The translations under genes and the position numbers were made by a program. Below are positions 26,466 through 35,229 of a stretch of 64,000 nt of DNA, one piece after another. The notes beneath the pieces were generated by a model. The model was not told where the DNA came from. It was given only the letters and a program-made list of their open reading frames with translations, and searched no databases. How positions within the stretch are numbered: position 1 is the stretch's first letter; the number at the start of each line of letters is the position of its first letter. Location of the stretch: positions 874-64,873 of the forward strand of contig JAGAEQ010000062.1 of assembly GCA_017613015.1 (NCBI GenBank), in the 5' to 3' direction. The stretch comes from Bacteroidales bacterium (GTDB lineage Bacteria; Bacteroidota; Bacteroidia; Bacteroidales; WCHB1-69).

Positions 26466-27563
26466 ATGCACCTTACTCCCGTATTAAAGGAAGCTTATTG
26501 CAAGGAGCGTCTCAGCGCTCGTGAGGCACAGGCCAAGGCGGAATGGATTGCCTGGGGGCCGGTGGTGTTTCAGGTGTGCCGTCTGATGAAGAAGTTTGGC
26601 GTCTTGGAGCTGTTGCGTAACAGCGATGATGGCATGACCGAGGCGGAGATAGCCGAGGCTACGGGCTTGAGCGGCTATGCCGTAAAGGTGATGCTGGAAG
26701 CCAGTCTCTGCATAGGTACTGTGCTCCTTGATCCCGAAAGTGACCGCTACAGTTTGAGCAAGACCGGGTGGTTTCTCATTACCGATCCCGCAACCAATGT
26801 GAACATGGACTTCAACCATGACGTGAACTACGAAGGTTGGTTCCATTTGGAGGAGAGCCTCAAAGAGGGGCGTCCCGCCGGTTTGGAGCATTTTGGCCCG
26901 TGGCCCACGGTCTATGAGGGCTTGTCGCAACTGCCGTCACAGGTTCAGAAAAGCTGGTTCGGCTTCGATCATTTTTACAGCGACAGTTCGTTCCGGCAGG
27001 CGTTGGAGATAGTCTTTGCCAATCATCCCCGTACGCTGCTTGATGTGGGCGGAAACACTGGCCGTTGGGCTTTACAGTGTGTGAAATATGACAGTGATGT
27101 GCGTGTGACCATCGTCGATCTGCCGCAGCAGCTGGAGATGATGCGACGTGATACCGCGGGTAAGACCGGTGCCGACCGTATTGACGGCTACGGCATGAAC
27201 TTGCTGGATCCGGCACAGGATTTCCCTGCCGACAAGCGTTATGACGCTATCTGGATGAGCCAGTTCCTGGACTGCTTCGGTGAGGATGAGATTGTTGGCA
27301 TTGTCAGCCGTGCGGCCAAGATTATGGATGAGGAGAGCCGCCTCTACATCATGGAGACTTTTTGGGACCGCCAGCGTTTTGAGCCGGCAGCCTTCTGCCT
27401 AACCATGACGAGCCTGTATTTCACCGCTATCGCCAACGGAAACAGCAAAATGTACCATTCGGAAGACATGGCGCGACTGGTGGGGAAAGCCCACCTGGAG
27501 GTGGAGACAATACATGACAACCTGGGACAGGGGCACAGTATCATGGTTTGCCGGAAAAAATGA
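26466..27563 (+). CDS. class I SAM-dependent methyltransferase (O-MT-type architecture with N-terminal wHTH/dimerisation region)
   Basis: 365 aa with SAM motif I LLDVGGNTGRWA. The N-terminal region (MTEAEIAEATGLSGYAVKVMLEA) looks like a winged helix. Confidence 0.8.
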   Translation: MHLTPVLKEAYCKERLSAREAQAKAEWIAWGPVVFQVCRLMKKFGVLELLRNSDDGMTEAEIAEATGLSGYAVKVMLEASLCIGTVLLDPESDRYSLSKTGWFLITDPATNVNMDFNHDVNYEGWFHLEESLKEGRPAGLEHFGPWPTVYEGLSQLPSQVQKSWFGFDHFYSDSSFRQALEIVFANHPRTLLDVGGNTGRWALQCVKYDSDVRVTIVDLPQQLEMMRRDTAGKTGADRIDGYGMNLLDPAQDFPADKRYDAIWMSQFLDCFGEDEIVGIVSRAAKIMDEESRLYIMETFWDRQRFEPAAFCLTMTSLYFTAIANGNSKMYHSEDMARLVGKAHLEVETIHDNLGQGHSIMVCRKK

Positions 27564-27618
27564 AGGTATAAAGGAAACATTACAAATAATAAAAGTAACT
27601 TAAAAACATAATAATAAA

Positions 27619-27870
27619 ATGACTCGTCAGGAAATAGAAGAACAGGTAAAGAAATTTATGGTCGAAGAGCTTGAACTCGAGGCTGCTAAAATTATTCCCG
27701 AGGCAAAACTAAAAGAAGATATAGGCGTTGACAGTCTTGATTTTGTGGATATAGTGGTGATTGTGGAGAAAGAGTTCGGTTTTAAGATTGTTCCAGAGGA
27801 AATGAAAGGCGTGGAAACCTTCGCTCAATTTTGCGATTATATAGAGCGCAAGCTTCAGCAAAAAGAATAG
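27619..27870 (+). CDS. acyl carrier protein (ACP1)
   Basis: 83 aa with phosphopantetheine site DIGVDSLDFVDIV. Confidence 0.85.
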   Translation: MTRQEIEEQVKKFMVEELELEAAKIIPEAKLKEDIGVDSLDFVDIVVIVEKEFGFKIVPEEMKGVETFAQFCDYIERKLQQKE

Positions 27871-27873
27871 GGG

Positions 27874-28719
27874 ATGGTGCAGCAGCAATGGTCGGGAAAA
27901 ACCGACGGGACAACATGGATGCAGCGTTCGCTGATAGCGATGCTCCGGATTATACCCTGCGAGGTGTTTTACGGGGTGCTATTGGTGGTGGTGCCGTTCT
28001 ACATGCTGTTCAGCCGCAAAAGCTATTGCGCCATTTATCGCTATTTTCGGCATCGTTTGGGCTATGGCCGCGTGAGGGCCTTCCTTAACGTATACTGGAA
28101 TCACTTTTTGTTCGGGCAGGTCGTCATTGACCGTTTCGCCGCTTTTGCCGGCAAACAGTACAAATTTGAGATAGACAATCTCCATCTTTTTGATGAGTTG
28201 GTTGCAGGAGAAGGGGGCTTCATCATGCTTAGCTCGCATGTGGGTTGTTACGAAATGGCAGGTTGCATGCTCACTTCGAAGAAGAAGCCCATCAACGCTG
28301 TCGCCTATGATGGGGAGACCGCCGTTGTCAGCCGTAACCGGGAGAGCCTGATGCTTCGACATAACATGAAACTGATACCCGTTAAGCGTGATATGAGTCA
28401 TCTTTTTGCCGTCAATTCCGCGCTTGACCGGGGCGAGATTGTCAGTCTGCCCGCAGACAGGCTCAACGGTTCCCCTAAAACGGTACGGTGTATGTTTATG
28501 GGGGAGGAGGCGCAGTTTCCCATGGGGCCTTTCTCGCTGGCACGCGTCAAGAAGGTGCCTGTGCTGGCCATGTTTGTCATGAAAGAGGGGTCGCGCCGCT
28601 ATCATATTTACCTCTCACGGGTGGAGAATGCACAACAGTTCGCCTGCGACATTGAGGCGACATTGCGTAAATATCCCGCCCAATGGTTTAATTTCTATGA
28701 TTTTTGGAATAAGGAATGA
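27874..28719 (+). CDS. LpxL/HtrB-family lysophospholipid acyltransferase (ApeD-like)
   Basis: 281 aa with an N-terminal TM segment and an HX4(D/E) box SSHVGCYE. The C-terminal YPAQWFNFYDFW is typical of the family. Confidence 0.75.
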   Translation: MVQQQWSGKTDGTTWMQRSLIAMLRIIPCEVFYGVLLVVVPFYMLFSRKSYCAIYRYFRHRLGYGRVRAFLNVYWNHFLFGQVVIDRFAAFAGKQYKFEIDNLHLFDELVAGEGGFIMLSSHVGCYEMAGCMLTSKKKPINAVAYDGETAVVSRNRESLMLRHNMKLIPVKRDMSHLFAVNSALDRGEIVSLPADRLNGSPKTVRCMFMGEEAQFPMGPFSLARVKKVPVLAMFVMKEGSRRYHIYLSRVENAQQFACDIEATLRKYPAQWFNFYDFWNKE

Positions 28720-29162
28720 AAAAGGAATTGGAAAACATCGATGTGCTGACACTTATCCCGCAACGTCCTCCTTTTGTGATGGTCGATCGGCTGATAGCGT
28801 TCGATTCGATGTCCGCCGTCACCGAGTTTGAAGTGCGGGAGGACAATCTTTTTGTCGATGACGGAAAGCTCTCTTTCGGAGGCGTGGTGGAGAATGTGGC
28901 GCAGTCGTGTGCCGCGCGTCTGGGCTATATCAATCACCAGTTGGACGAGCCTGTCAAGTTGGGGGTCATTGGGGCGGTAAAGAACTTTGAGGTTTCAAGG
29001 CTGCCTCTTGTGGGTGAAACCTTGACCACCCGCATTCTGGTGCGTGAAACGGTCTTCGCTATGATGTTGGTTTCTGCCACTGTCTGTGTCGGTGTCACGG
29101 AAATCGCACATGCCGACATGAAGATTGCCGTGACCGATACGGATGCAAGCACTAAAGCATAA
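28716..29162 (+). CDS. FabZ-like hot-dog protein lacking the catalytic His (DH1)
   Basis: 148 aa. LIPQRPPFVMVDRLI matches FabZ LPHRFPFLLVDRV. The FabZ GHFP position reads DDGK, while the Glu helix VENVAQS is retained. ATGA overlap with the upstream gene. Confidence 0.65.
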   Translation: MKKELENIDVLTLIPQRPPFVMVDRLIAFDSMSAVTEFEVREDNLFVDDGKLSFGGVVENVAQSCAARLGYINHQLDEPVKLGVIGAVKNFEVSRLPLVGETLTTRILVRETVFAMMLVSATVCVGVTEIAHADMKIAVTDTDASTKA

Positions 29163-29173
29163 GCATTGGATTT

Positions 29174-29608
29174 ATGATGAACAGCGAAAAAAACGGCAGC
29201 GCTTTGTGTGTGACGAAGAACATAGATATCCGCTTTAGCGAGGTGGATTCAATGAACGTTGTGTGGCACGGCAATTACCTGCTTTATTTCGAGGATGCCC
29301 GCGAGGCATTTGGCCAGAAGTACGGGCTGGACTACCTCACTATCTACCATAATGGCTACTATGCACCGCTGGTGGACATGAGTCTGCAATACAAGCGTCC
29401 CATTGTCTATGGCCAAAAAACTGTGATTAAGATTACCTATTGTCCTACGGATGCCGCCAAACTGGTGTTTGAGTATGAGATTTGGGACGAGGAGGGGGTG
29501 ACCCTGTTCGTCAAGGGACGGTCGGTACAGGTGTTTATGGACATGAATTATCAACTCATATGGACGAATCCGCCGTTTTTTGAGGAGTGGAAAAAGAAAT
29601 GGTTATAA
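29174..29608 (+). CDS. 4HBT/YbgC-type acyl thioesterase (ApeK-like)
   Basis: 144 aa hot-dog fold with IRFSEVDSMNVVWHGNYLLYFEDAR. Confidence 0.75.
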   Translation: MMNSEKNGSALCVTKNIDIRFSEVDSMNVVWHGNYLLYFEDAREAFGQKYGLDYLTIYHNGYYAPLVDMSLQYKRPIVYGQKTVIKITYCPTDAAKLVFEYEIWDEEGVTLFVKGRSVQVFMDMNYQLIWTNPPFFEEWKKKWL

Positions 29609-31353
29609 AACTGTCAGATAACGTATATTCCCCTTTGGGGACAACGACCCTGGCCAATTACGAGGCCGTGCTGTCGGGACGCAGCACCTTGCGGCCGTAT
29701 ACGCTTCCCAATGGAGCGTCCTATATGGCGTCTCTTTTCCCTGAAGAACAGCGTCAGGACGGAGACCTTACCTTTTTCGAACGTCTTTGCATCGCTTCTG
29801 CCAGCGACGCCATTGCGCGTTCGGGCATTGACGCCTCTTCTCCCAAGGTGCGCTTTTTTCTTTCCACAACCAAGGGGAATGTCCATTTGCTGGACCGCAG
29901 GAATCGTCAACGCTATGATGCCGACCGACAGCTGCTTGCGTCGGCCGCTTCTGTGGTTTCCCGGCATTTCGGCAATCCGCATCCGCCGGTGGTGGTAAGT
30001 AATGCGTGTATTTCGGGGCTTAGCGCCCAAATTGCAGCCATGCGCAGTGTGGAGGCGGGTGTGTGTGACGTGGCGGTGGTTATTGGTTGTGAAGTGCATT
30101 CAGAATTCATTGTCAGTGGTTTTCAAACGCTTCATGCCTTGTCGTCCGACGAGTGCCGTCCCTTTGACAAAGACCGCTGCGGACTGAATCTCGGTGAGGC
30201 GGCAGCGACAATAGTGCTGGCGTCCGATGCCAGGTGTCAGGGAACAAAAGACAGACGGTGGGTGGTGACCGGCGGTGTCATGTGTAATGATGCCAACCAT
30301 ATCAGCGGCCCTTCGCGAACGGGCGAGGGATCTTACCGATGCCTGCAGGCTCTTGACATTGACAAGGAAGCAACGGCTTTTGTGAGCGTGCATGGCACTT
30401 CGACAGTATATAACGATGAAATGGAGAGCATTGCAATCGACCGGGCGGGATTGGCCCAGGTGCCCATATTTAGTTTGAAAGGAAACTACGGACACACCAT
30501 GGGTGCCGCAGGAGTGTTGGAGACAATACTTTCCATGCAAGCTGTGGAACATGGCGTGGTGTTCGGCACACGGGGCTTCCATGCTCTCGGCGTTAGCCGG
30601 AAGGTGAATGTCAGTGAGCGGCATACCACTACGGACAAGCATTGTTTTGTCAAGCTGATGTCCGGATTCGGCGGCTGCAATGCGGCGATGAGTTTCGCTT
30701 GGGAAGACGGCGATAAGCCGTTGGAAAGGGAAGGCGGAAGCCTTGGTTTGGCCGATGTGGCGGAAGGGATGCATGCGGTTTCCCTTACGCCGGATAGGGT
30801 CAGTGTGGACCATCGTGCCCTGCCGCATCAGGGCAAAGGGCATGAACTGCTGTTGGAGCTTTACCGCAACCAGATGGGGGACTATCCGAAATTTTTCAAG
30901 ATGGACGAGCTGGCCCGTACCGGTTTCATCGCCAGTGAACTGTTGCTCAAAGTCAGTCCCAAGTCTGATTATAATATTCTGTTGTTCAATAGTGTGTCTT
31001 CCTTGGCTGATGATATCGCCTTCCAGAAAACCATTGACGATAAAGAAAATTTTTTCCCTTCGCCCGCCTTGTTTGTCTATACCCTTCCCAATATCGTCAC
31101 GGGCGAGATAGCCATCCGTAACCGTTTTCAGACCGAAACCAATTTCATGGTGCTTGACAAGGGTGAGACGGTCGACTGTCTCGTCATGGGTGAGCAGGCG
31201 GCCCTTTCCGCACAACGCGGGCCCGTGCTTACAGGATGGGTGGATTGCTGGGACAAAGACCGGTTTCATGCCGTGATGCTTGCTGTACCGAAAGGCACTG
31301 ACGCTGCGACAATCACTAAAGAATTAGTAAAAAATATAAACCCAATGCAATAA
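29599..31353 (+). CDS. beta-ketoacyl synthase fused to a C-terminal Cys-less KS-like (CLF-like) half domain, KS2
   Basis: The track start at 29587 is GTG; ATG at 29599 (MVIKLSDNVYSPLG). Active Cys in SNACISGLSA; His residues in VHGTSTVYND and GNYGHTMGAAG. A further ~200 aa follow GGCNAAMSF (YPKFFKMDELARTGFIASELLL...FVYTLPNIVTGEIAI). Confidence 0.8.
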   Translation: MVIKLSDNVYSPLGTTTLANYEAVLSGRSTLRPYTLPNGASYMASLFPEEQRQDGDLTFFERLCIASASDAIARSGIDASSPKVRFFLSTTKGNVHLLDRRNRQRYDADRQLLASAASVVSRHFGNPHPPVVVSNACISGLSAQIAAMRSVEAGVCDVAVVIGCEVHSEFIVSGFQTLHALSSDECRPFDKDRCGLNLGEAAATIVLASDARCQGTKDRRWVVTGGVMCNDANHISGPSRTGEGSYRCLQALDIDKEATAFVSVHGTSTVYNDEMESIAIDRAGLAQVPIFSLKGNYGHTMGAAGVLETILSMQAVEHGVVFGTRGFHALGVSRKVNVSERHTTTDKHCFVKLMSGFGGCNAAMSFAWEDGDKPLEREGGSLGLADVAEGMHAVSLTPDRVSVDHRALPHQGKGHELLLELYRNQMGDYPKFFKMDELARTGFIASELLLKVSPKSDYNILLFNSVSSLADDIAFQKTIDDKENFFPSPALFVYTLPNIVTGEIAIRNRFQTETNFMVLDKGETVDCLVMGEQAALSAQRGPVLTGWVDCWDKDRFHAVMLAVPKGTDAATITKELVKNINPMQ

Positions 31354-31610
31354 TGGAAGATCTTATTCCCTATTTGAAAAAAGAAATTATTGAAGTTCTC
31401 AATCTCAATGACATTACTCCCGATGATATTGACGAGGACGCTTCCTTATTTAATGAGGGGCTTGGACTGGATTCAATTGATGCGCTTGAACTCATTGTGT
31501 TCATGGAAAAGAACTACGGAATCAAATTGTCGAACCCTAACGAGGGTAAGGAAATCTTCAAGTCCATACGAGTGATGGCGGAATACATACAGACGCATCG
31601 TACCAAGTGA
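31353..31610 (+). CDS. acyl carrier protein (ACP2)
   Basis: 85 aa with GLGLDSIDALELIVFME. TAATG overlap with the upstream gene. Confidence 0.85.
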   Translation: MEDLIPYLKKEIIEVLNLNDITPDDIDEDASLFNEGLGLDSIDALELIVFMEKNYGIKLSNPNEGKEIFKSIRVMAEYIQTHRTK

Positions 31611-33868
31611 TGGCTTCGCAAATTTGGATTACAGGCTACGGCATAGTGTCTGCCATCGGGGTGGGCAAGGATGCCGTACTGCGTTCCTTGCTTTCCTCAT
31701 CCACAGGGATTTCCTCATTACGATACTTGAATACCAGTCATCACGAGTTCCCTGTGGGCGAAGTGAAGATGGACAACGGGGAGATGGCGTCGTGCCTCGG
31801 CATCGGCAAAACCGAGCCGATGAACCGCACCGCTCTCATGGGCATGCTGGCCTTGCAAGAGGCTTTGCAGGAGGCCGGTCTCAGTGCGGACGGCATAGGT
31901 CTGATTTCGGGGACCACGGTAGGGGGGATGGACAAGAGCGAACAGTATTATCTTGACTATTTGCAGAACGACAGCCGTAACGATTACATCAAGATACACG
32001 ATTGTGGAGCCACTACCGAACTGATGGCGGATTGTTTGGGGCGTTTTGCATTCATGACAACAATCTCCACCGCATGCTCTTCCGCAGCCAATGCCATCCT
32101 CTTGGGCGCCAATATGCTCAGAAGCGGGGAGCTGCCTTGTGTCGTTGTGGGTGGCAGTGAGTGTCTTACCAAGTTTCATCTCAATGGCTTCAATTCGCTG
32201 ATGATACTTGACAAGGATTTGTGCCGTCCCTTCGACCGCAGTCGCGCAGGCTTGAATCTGGGGGAGGGAGCCGCCTATCTGGTGCTTGAGAACGCCGAAC
32301 ATGCCGTGGCACGCGGTGTGAAGCCCTTGGCGGTGCTTTCGGGTTACGGCAATGCTTGCGACGCCTATCACCAAACCGCTTCTTCACCCGATGGCGACGG
32401 GGCTTACAGGGCCATGTCGGCGGCTTTGCGTATGGCGGGGATGGACGCTTCACAGGTGGATTATGTCAATGCCCACGGCACAGGCACTCCCAACAACGAC
32501 AGCAGCGAGAGTGCGGCCATGCGCCGGGTGTGGCCGGGGAACATGCCGCCGGTTTCGTCCACCAAGTCGTTTACGGGGCATACCACCAGCGCTTCGGGGG
32601 CTATTGAAGCTGCTATCTGCCTGTTGGCCATGCAGCATCGTTTTTTGCCGCCCAATCTGCATTTCGCTGATGCGGACCCGGACTGTGTCATTCCCGTCAG
32701 CCAGTTGCGGACGGGGGTGGAGTTGCGGCATGTGTTGTGCAATTCGTTCGGTTTTGGAGGCAACGACACCTCGTTTCTTCTGTCAAAGCCCGAGGCGGGA
32801 AGCAAGTTGGCGTTTCTTGCAAAGGAGGGGGAGGTTAAAGTGTACGCCGCCAAATGCATAGCGGCGCAAAATTCCCTTGCCCCCCTCTGTCAGTTTCCGT
32901 CTGAATCCTTGGAAACCCCATTCCAACGCGCAGCCGATCCGGATTTCAAAGGTTATATGCCTCCGTTGGAGGCGCGTCGTCTGGGCAGGCTGATGAAGCG
33001 TGCTGTGGTGACTTCGAAGGAGGCTTTGTCGGAAGCCGGTTTGGAGATGCCCGAGGCTATTCTCACAGGCACGGGGCTGGGATGCATAGAGACTACCGAA
33101 TTTTTCCTTGACAGCTTGTGCAAGGAGGGGGAACAGCTACTGAAACCCACTTGCTTTATGCAGTCCACCCACAACACCATTGGGTCGGCGGTGGCCACAC
33201 AGATAGGATGCCACGGCTACAATGTCACCTATGCCCATAAGGAAATGTCGTTTGACAGTGCGCTGTATGATGGTGTGCTGCAACTTCGCCTGGGGGATAT
33301 TCGTACCGTGTTGGTTGGGGGACATGATGAACTGACCTTGTCTTATTACAAATTGTTGGAGAAGACTGGTTTTCTGGGTCTTGAAGGCGAGTCGGCTTGC
33401 GAGGCCTCCACTTCTTTTGTGCTTGCGGCGGATGGCTGTCTGGATGCCCGTCCGCTGTGTGTCGTGAAGGGAATCCGCTTGCTGTATTGCCCGGAGGAAA
33501 GGGCGTTGCGTCAGGCGATTGGCTGTTTGTTGGCCGATGCGGGCATGACGATGTCCGATCTTTCGGGTGTCGTGCTCAGCGTCAACGGCAATGCGGATCA
33601 TGATGCGCCTGCATTGGCGCTTTGCCGTGCTTTGTTTGCCGATGTGCCCCTGCTGCACTACAAACATTTGTTTGGTGAAAGCTATGCGGCGTCGGGTTTG
33701 GGTTTTTATGTGTCGGTGGCGTGCTTGGCTACAGCCAAAATACCCGATGCGCTGTATCTTGATCCGGCCAGGCGGAGCCATGTGGCGCCGAAGGCGCTTA
33801 TGCTGTTTAACACTACGGACAATAAATGCTGTTCTTTGACGTTGCTATCTCAGGTTAAAACAGAATAA
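31610..33868 (+). CDS. beta-ketoacyl synthase fused to a full CLF-like second KS domain (KS3-CLF)
   Basis: The track start at 31607 is GTG; ATG at 31610 overlaps the ACP2 stop. The N-terminal domain has STACSSAANAI (Cys), NAHGTGTPNND and KSFTGHTTSASG, ending in FGFGGNDTSFLL. The C-terminal ~330 aa is KS-like but reads TYAHKEMSFDSAL where the Cys motif would be. Confidence 0.85.
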   Translation: MASQIWITGYGIVSAIGVGKDAVLRSLLSSSTGISSLRYLNTSHHEFPVGEVKMDNGEMASCLGIGKTEPMNRTALMGMLALQEALQEAGLSADGIGLISGTTVGGMDKSEQYYLDYLQNDSRNDYIKIHDCGATTELMADCLGRFAFMTTISTACSSAANAILLGANMLRSGELPCVVVGGSECLTKFHLNGFNSLMILDKDLCRPFDRSRAGLNLGEGAAYLVLENAEHAVARGVKPLAVLSGYGNACDAYHQTASSPDGDGAYRAMSAALRMAGMDASQVDYVNAHGTGTPNNDSSESAAMRRVWPGNMPPVSSTKSFTGHTTSASGAIEAAICLLAMQHRFLPPNLHFADADPDCVIPVSQLRTGVELRHVLCNSFGFGGNDTSFLLSKPEAGSKLAFLAKEGEVKVYAAKCIAAQNSLAPLCQFPSESLETPFQRAADPDFKGYMPPLEARRLGRLMKRAVVTSKEALSEAGLEMPEAILTGTGLGCIETTEFFLDSLCKEGEQLLKPTCFMQSTHNTIGSAVATQIGCHGYNVTYAHKEMSFDSALYDGVLQLRLGDIRTVLVGGHDELTLSYYKLLEKTGFLGLEGESACEASTSFVLAADGCLDARPLCVVKGIRLLYCPEERALRQAIGCLLADAGMTMSDLSGVVLSVNGNADHDAPALALCRALFADVPLLHYKHLFGESYAASGLGFYVSVACLATAKIPDALYLDPARRSHVAPKALMLFNTTDNKCCSLTLLSQVKTE

Positions 33869-33876
33869 ATCAGAAT

Positions 33877-34233
33877 ATGTTTATTAAAAAGCTTTTGATA
33901 ATCAGTCTACAGTCTCTCTTCCTATGCGGGGGGCACACTTTTCTGAAATTAGCCTTGGCTTCCAAACAGGAGTTCAGCTTGTCCATGGCCTTCTTCAAAT
34001 CCGTGTGTTCGAATTGGAGGTTTATGGTAAGTGGAATTTCGTTTTTCATTGCCGGCATGATGTGGGTGTATATATTGAAAGTGTTTCCTTTTCACCAGAG
34101 CATTCCCATGAGCGCCCTGGTATATGTGTTCTCACTGATTGCCTCCTTGCTTGTGTTTGGTGAGACAGTGCCGCTTGTGCGTTGGATAGGGATGTCGTTG
34201 ATATTGGCTGGATGTCTGTTAATTATGAGTTGA
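33877..34233 (+). CDS. small 4-TM membrane protein, EamA-half/ArnE-like
   Basis: 118 aa with four hydrophobic segments. The C-terminal FGETVPLVRWIGMSLILAGCLLI resembles small DMT/ArnE-F-type proteins. Confidence 0.5.
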   Translation: MFIKKLLIISLQSLFLCGGHTFLKLALASKQEFSLSMAFFKSVCSNWRFMVSGISFFIAGMMWVYILKVFPFHQSIPMSALVYVFSLIASLLVFGETVPLVRWIGMSLILAGCLLIMS

Positions 34234-34252
34234 TGATTAAAAAGAGGACACT

Positions 34253-34852
34253 ATGAGACACTTGTTTTTGGCATTGGGGACGCTGTTTGTTTTAGGCGCT
34301 TTGCAGGCACAACAAGGTGTGGAGTTGGAGGGGCGGCGTTGTAAGGAAACGATGGAGGCCATTGCTGTCTATACCCGTCAGGTGACTTCCATCCAATGCT
34401 CTTTTGTCCAGACAAAGCGGTCGAAAATGCTTAACAATGCCACTACAGCCACGGGCACAATGGAATACACCGCTCCCGACAAACTTGTTTGGGCCTATGC
34501 CACGCCGTTCAAATATGTCCTGAATATTGACGGCAACAATGTTGCTGTAACAGGAAAGGGCGCCGACAACAAAGGGGCCAACTACCAGGCGAAAGCCATG
34601 AGCCGCTTGATACTAGGTTGTGTCAATGGCAATCAGCTGTTTGATGAGCGTATGTTTTCCTATCGCATCTACGATGACGGCAAAAAGTATGCGGTGGCGC
34701 TTGTCCCTAAACGCAAGGAAATGCTTCGTGTTTTTCAGGAGATTGTAATCTGTTTTGACAAGAAAAGCCTGGTGGCGGAAAGCATAGTGTTGAAAGAGGG
34801 CTCGGGAGACAGCACCAGCATCCGTTTTGAAAATGTGAAAGTGAAATTGTAG
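34253..34852 (+). CDS. LolA-like outer-membrane lipoprotein carrier family protein (ApeL-like)
   Basis: 199 aa with signal peptide MRHLFLALGTLFVLGALQAQ. LolA-like pattern FVQTKRSKML...GTMEYTAPDKLVWAYATP. Confidence 0.65.
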   Translation: MRHLFLALGTLFVLGALQAQQGVELEGRRCKETMEAIAVYTRQVTSIQCSFVQTKRSKMLNNATTATGTMEYTAPDKLVWAYATPFKYVLNIDGNNVAVTGKGADNKGANYQAKAMSRLILGCVNGNQLFDERMFSYRIYDDGKKYAVALVPKRKEMLRVFQEIVICFDKKSLVAESIVLKEGSGDSTSIRFENVKVKL

Positions 34853-34869
34853 TTTAAAATCAGGTTGTT

Positions 34870-35229
34870 GTGAAACTTATAGATACATTGTTTAAAATAT
34901 GTTCTTGTGAACAAGACGCTCAGGGTGGATTTGCCGTTGTGGTGAAACCACAGTGTGACCATCCCATCTATAGCGGGCATTTTCCGGATAATCCCATTAC
35001 TCCGGGAGTGTGCCTTGTGCAGTTGGCCAAGGAGTTGGCAAGTCATTGCTGGAAGCTGCCGTTGGAGATAAAGGGCATTAAGATGGTGAAATTCCTCAAC
35101 ATGCTGGTTCCGGACGAGAATGTCACAGCGACCTGTCTGTTGCGGTATGACAGCTTGACCGGCACGCTTCAGGCGGAGATAAGAAACAGTGAGATGGTCT
35201 ATGCTAAAATGACATTGCTGTTGAAATGA
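34870..35229 (+). CDS. FabZ/FabA-like hot-dog dehydratase with catalytic His but Gln at the Glu position (DH2)
   Basis: GTG start at 34870; no in-frame ATG nearby. YSGHFPDNPITPGVCLVQLAKE aligns with FabZ [22 protein letters not shown]. Confidence 0.65.
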   Translation: MKLIDTLFKICSCEQDAQGGFAVVVKPQCDHPIYSGHFPDNPITPGVCLVQLAKELASHCWKLPLEIKGIKMVKFLNMLVPDENVTATCLLRYDSLTGTLQAEIRNSEMVYAKMTLLLK

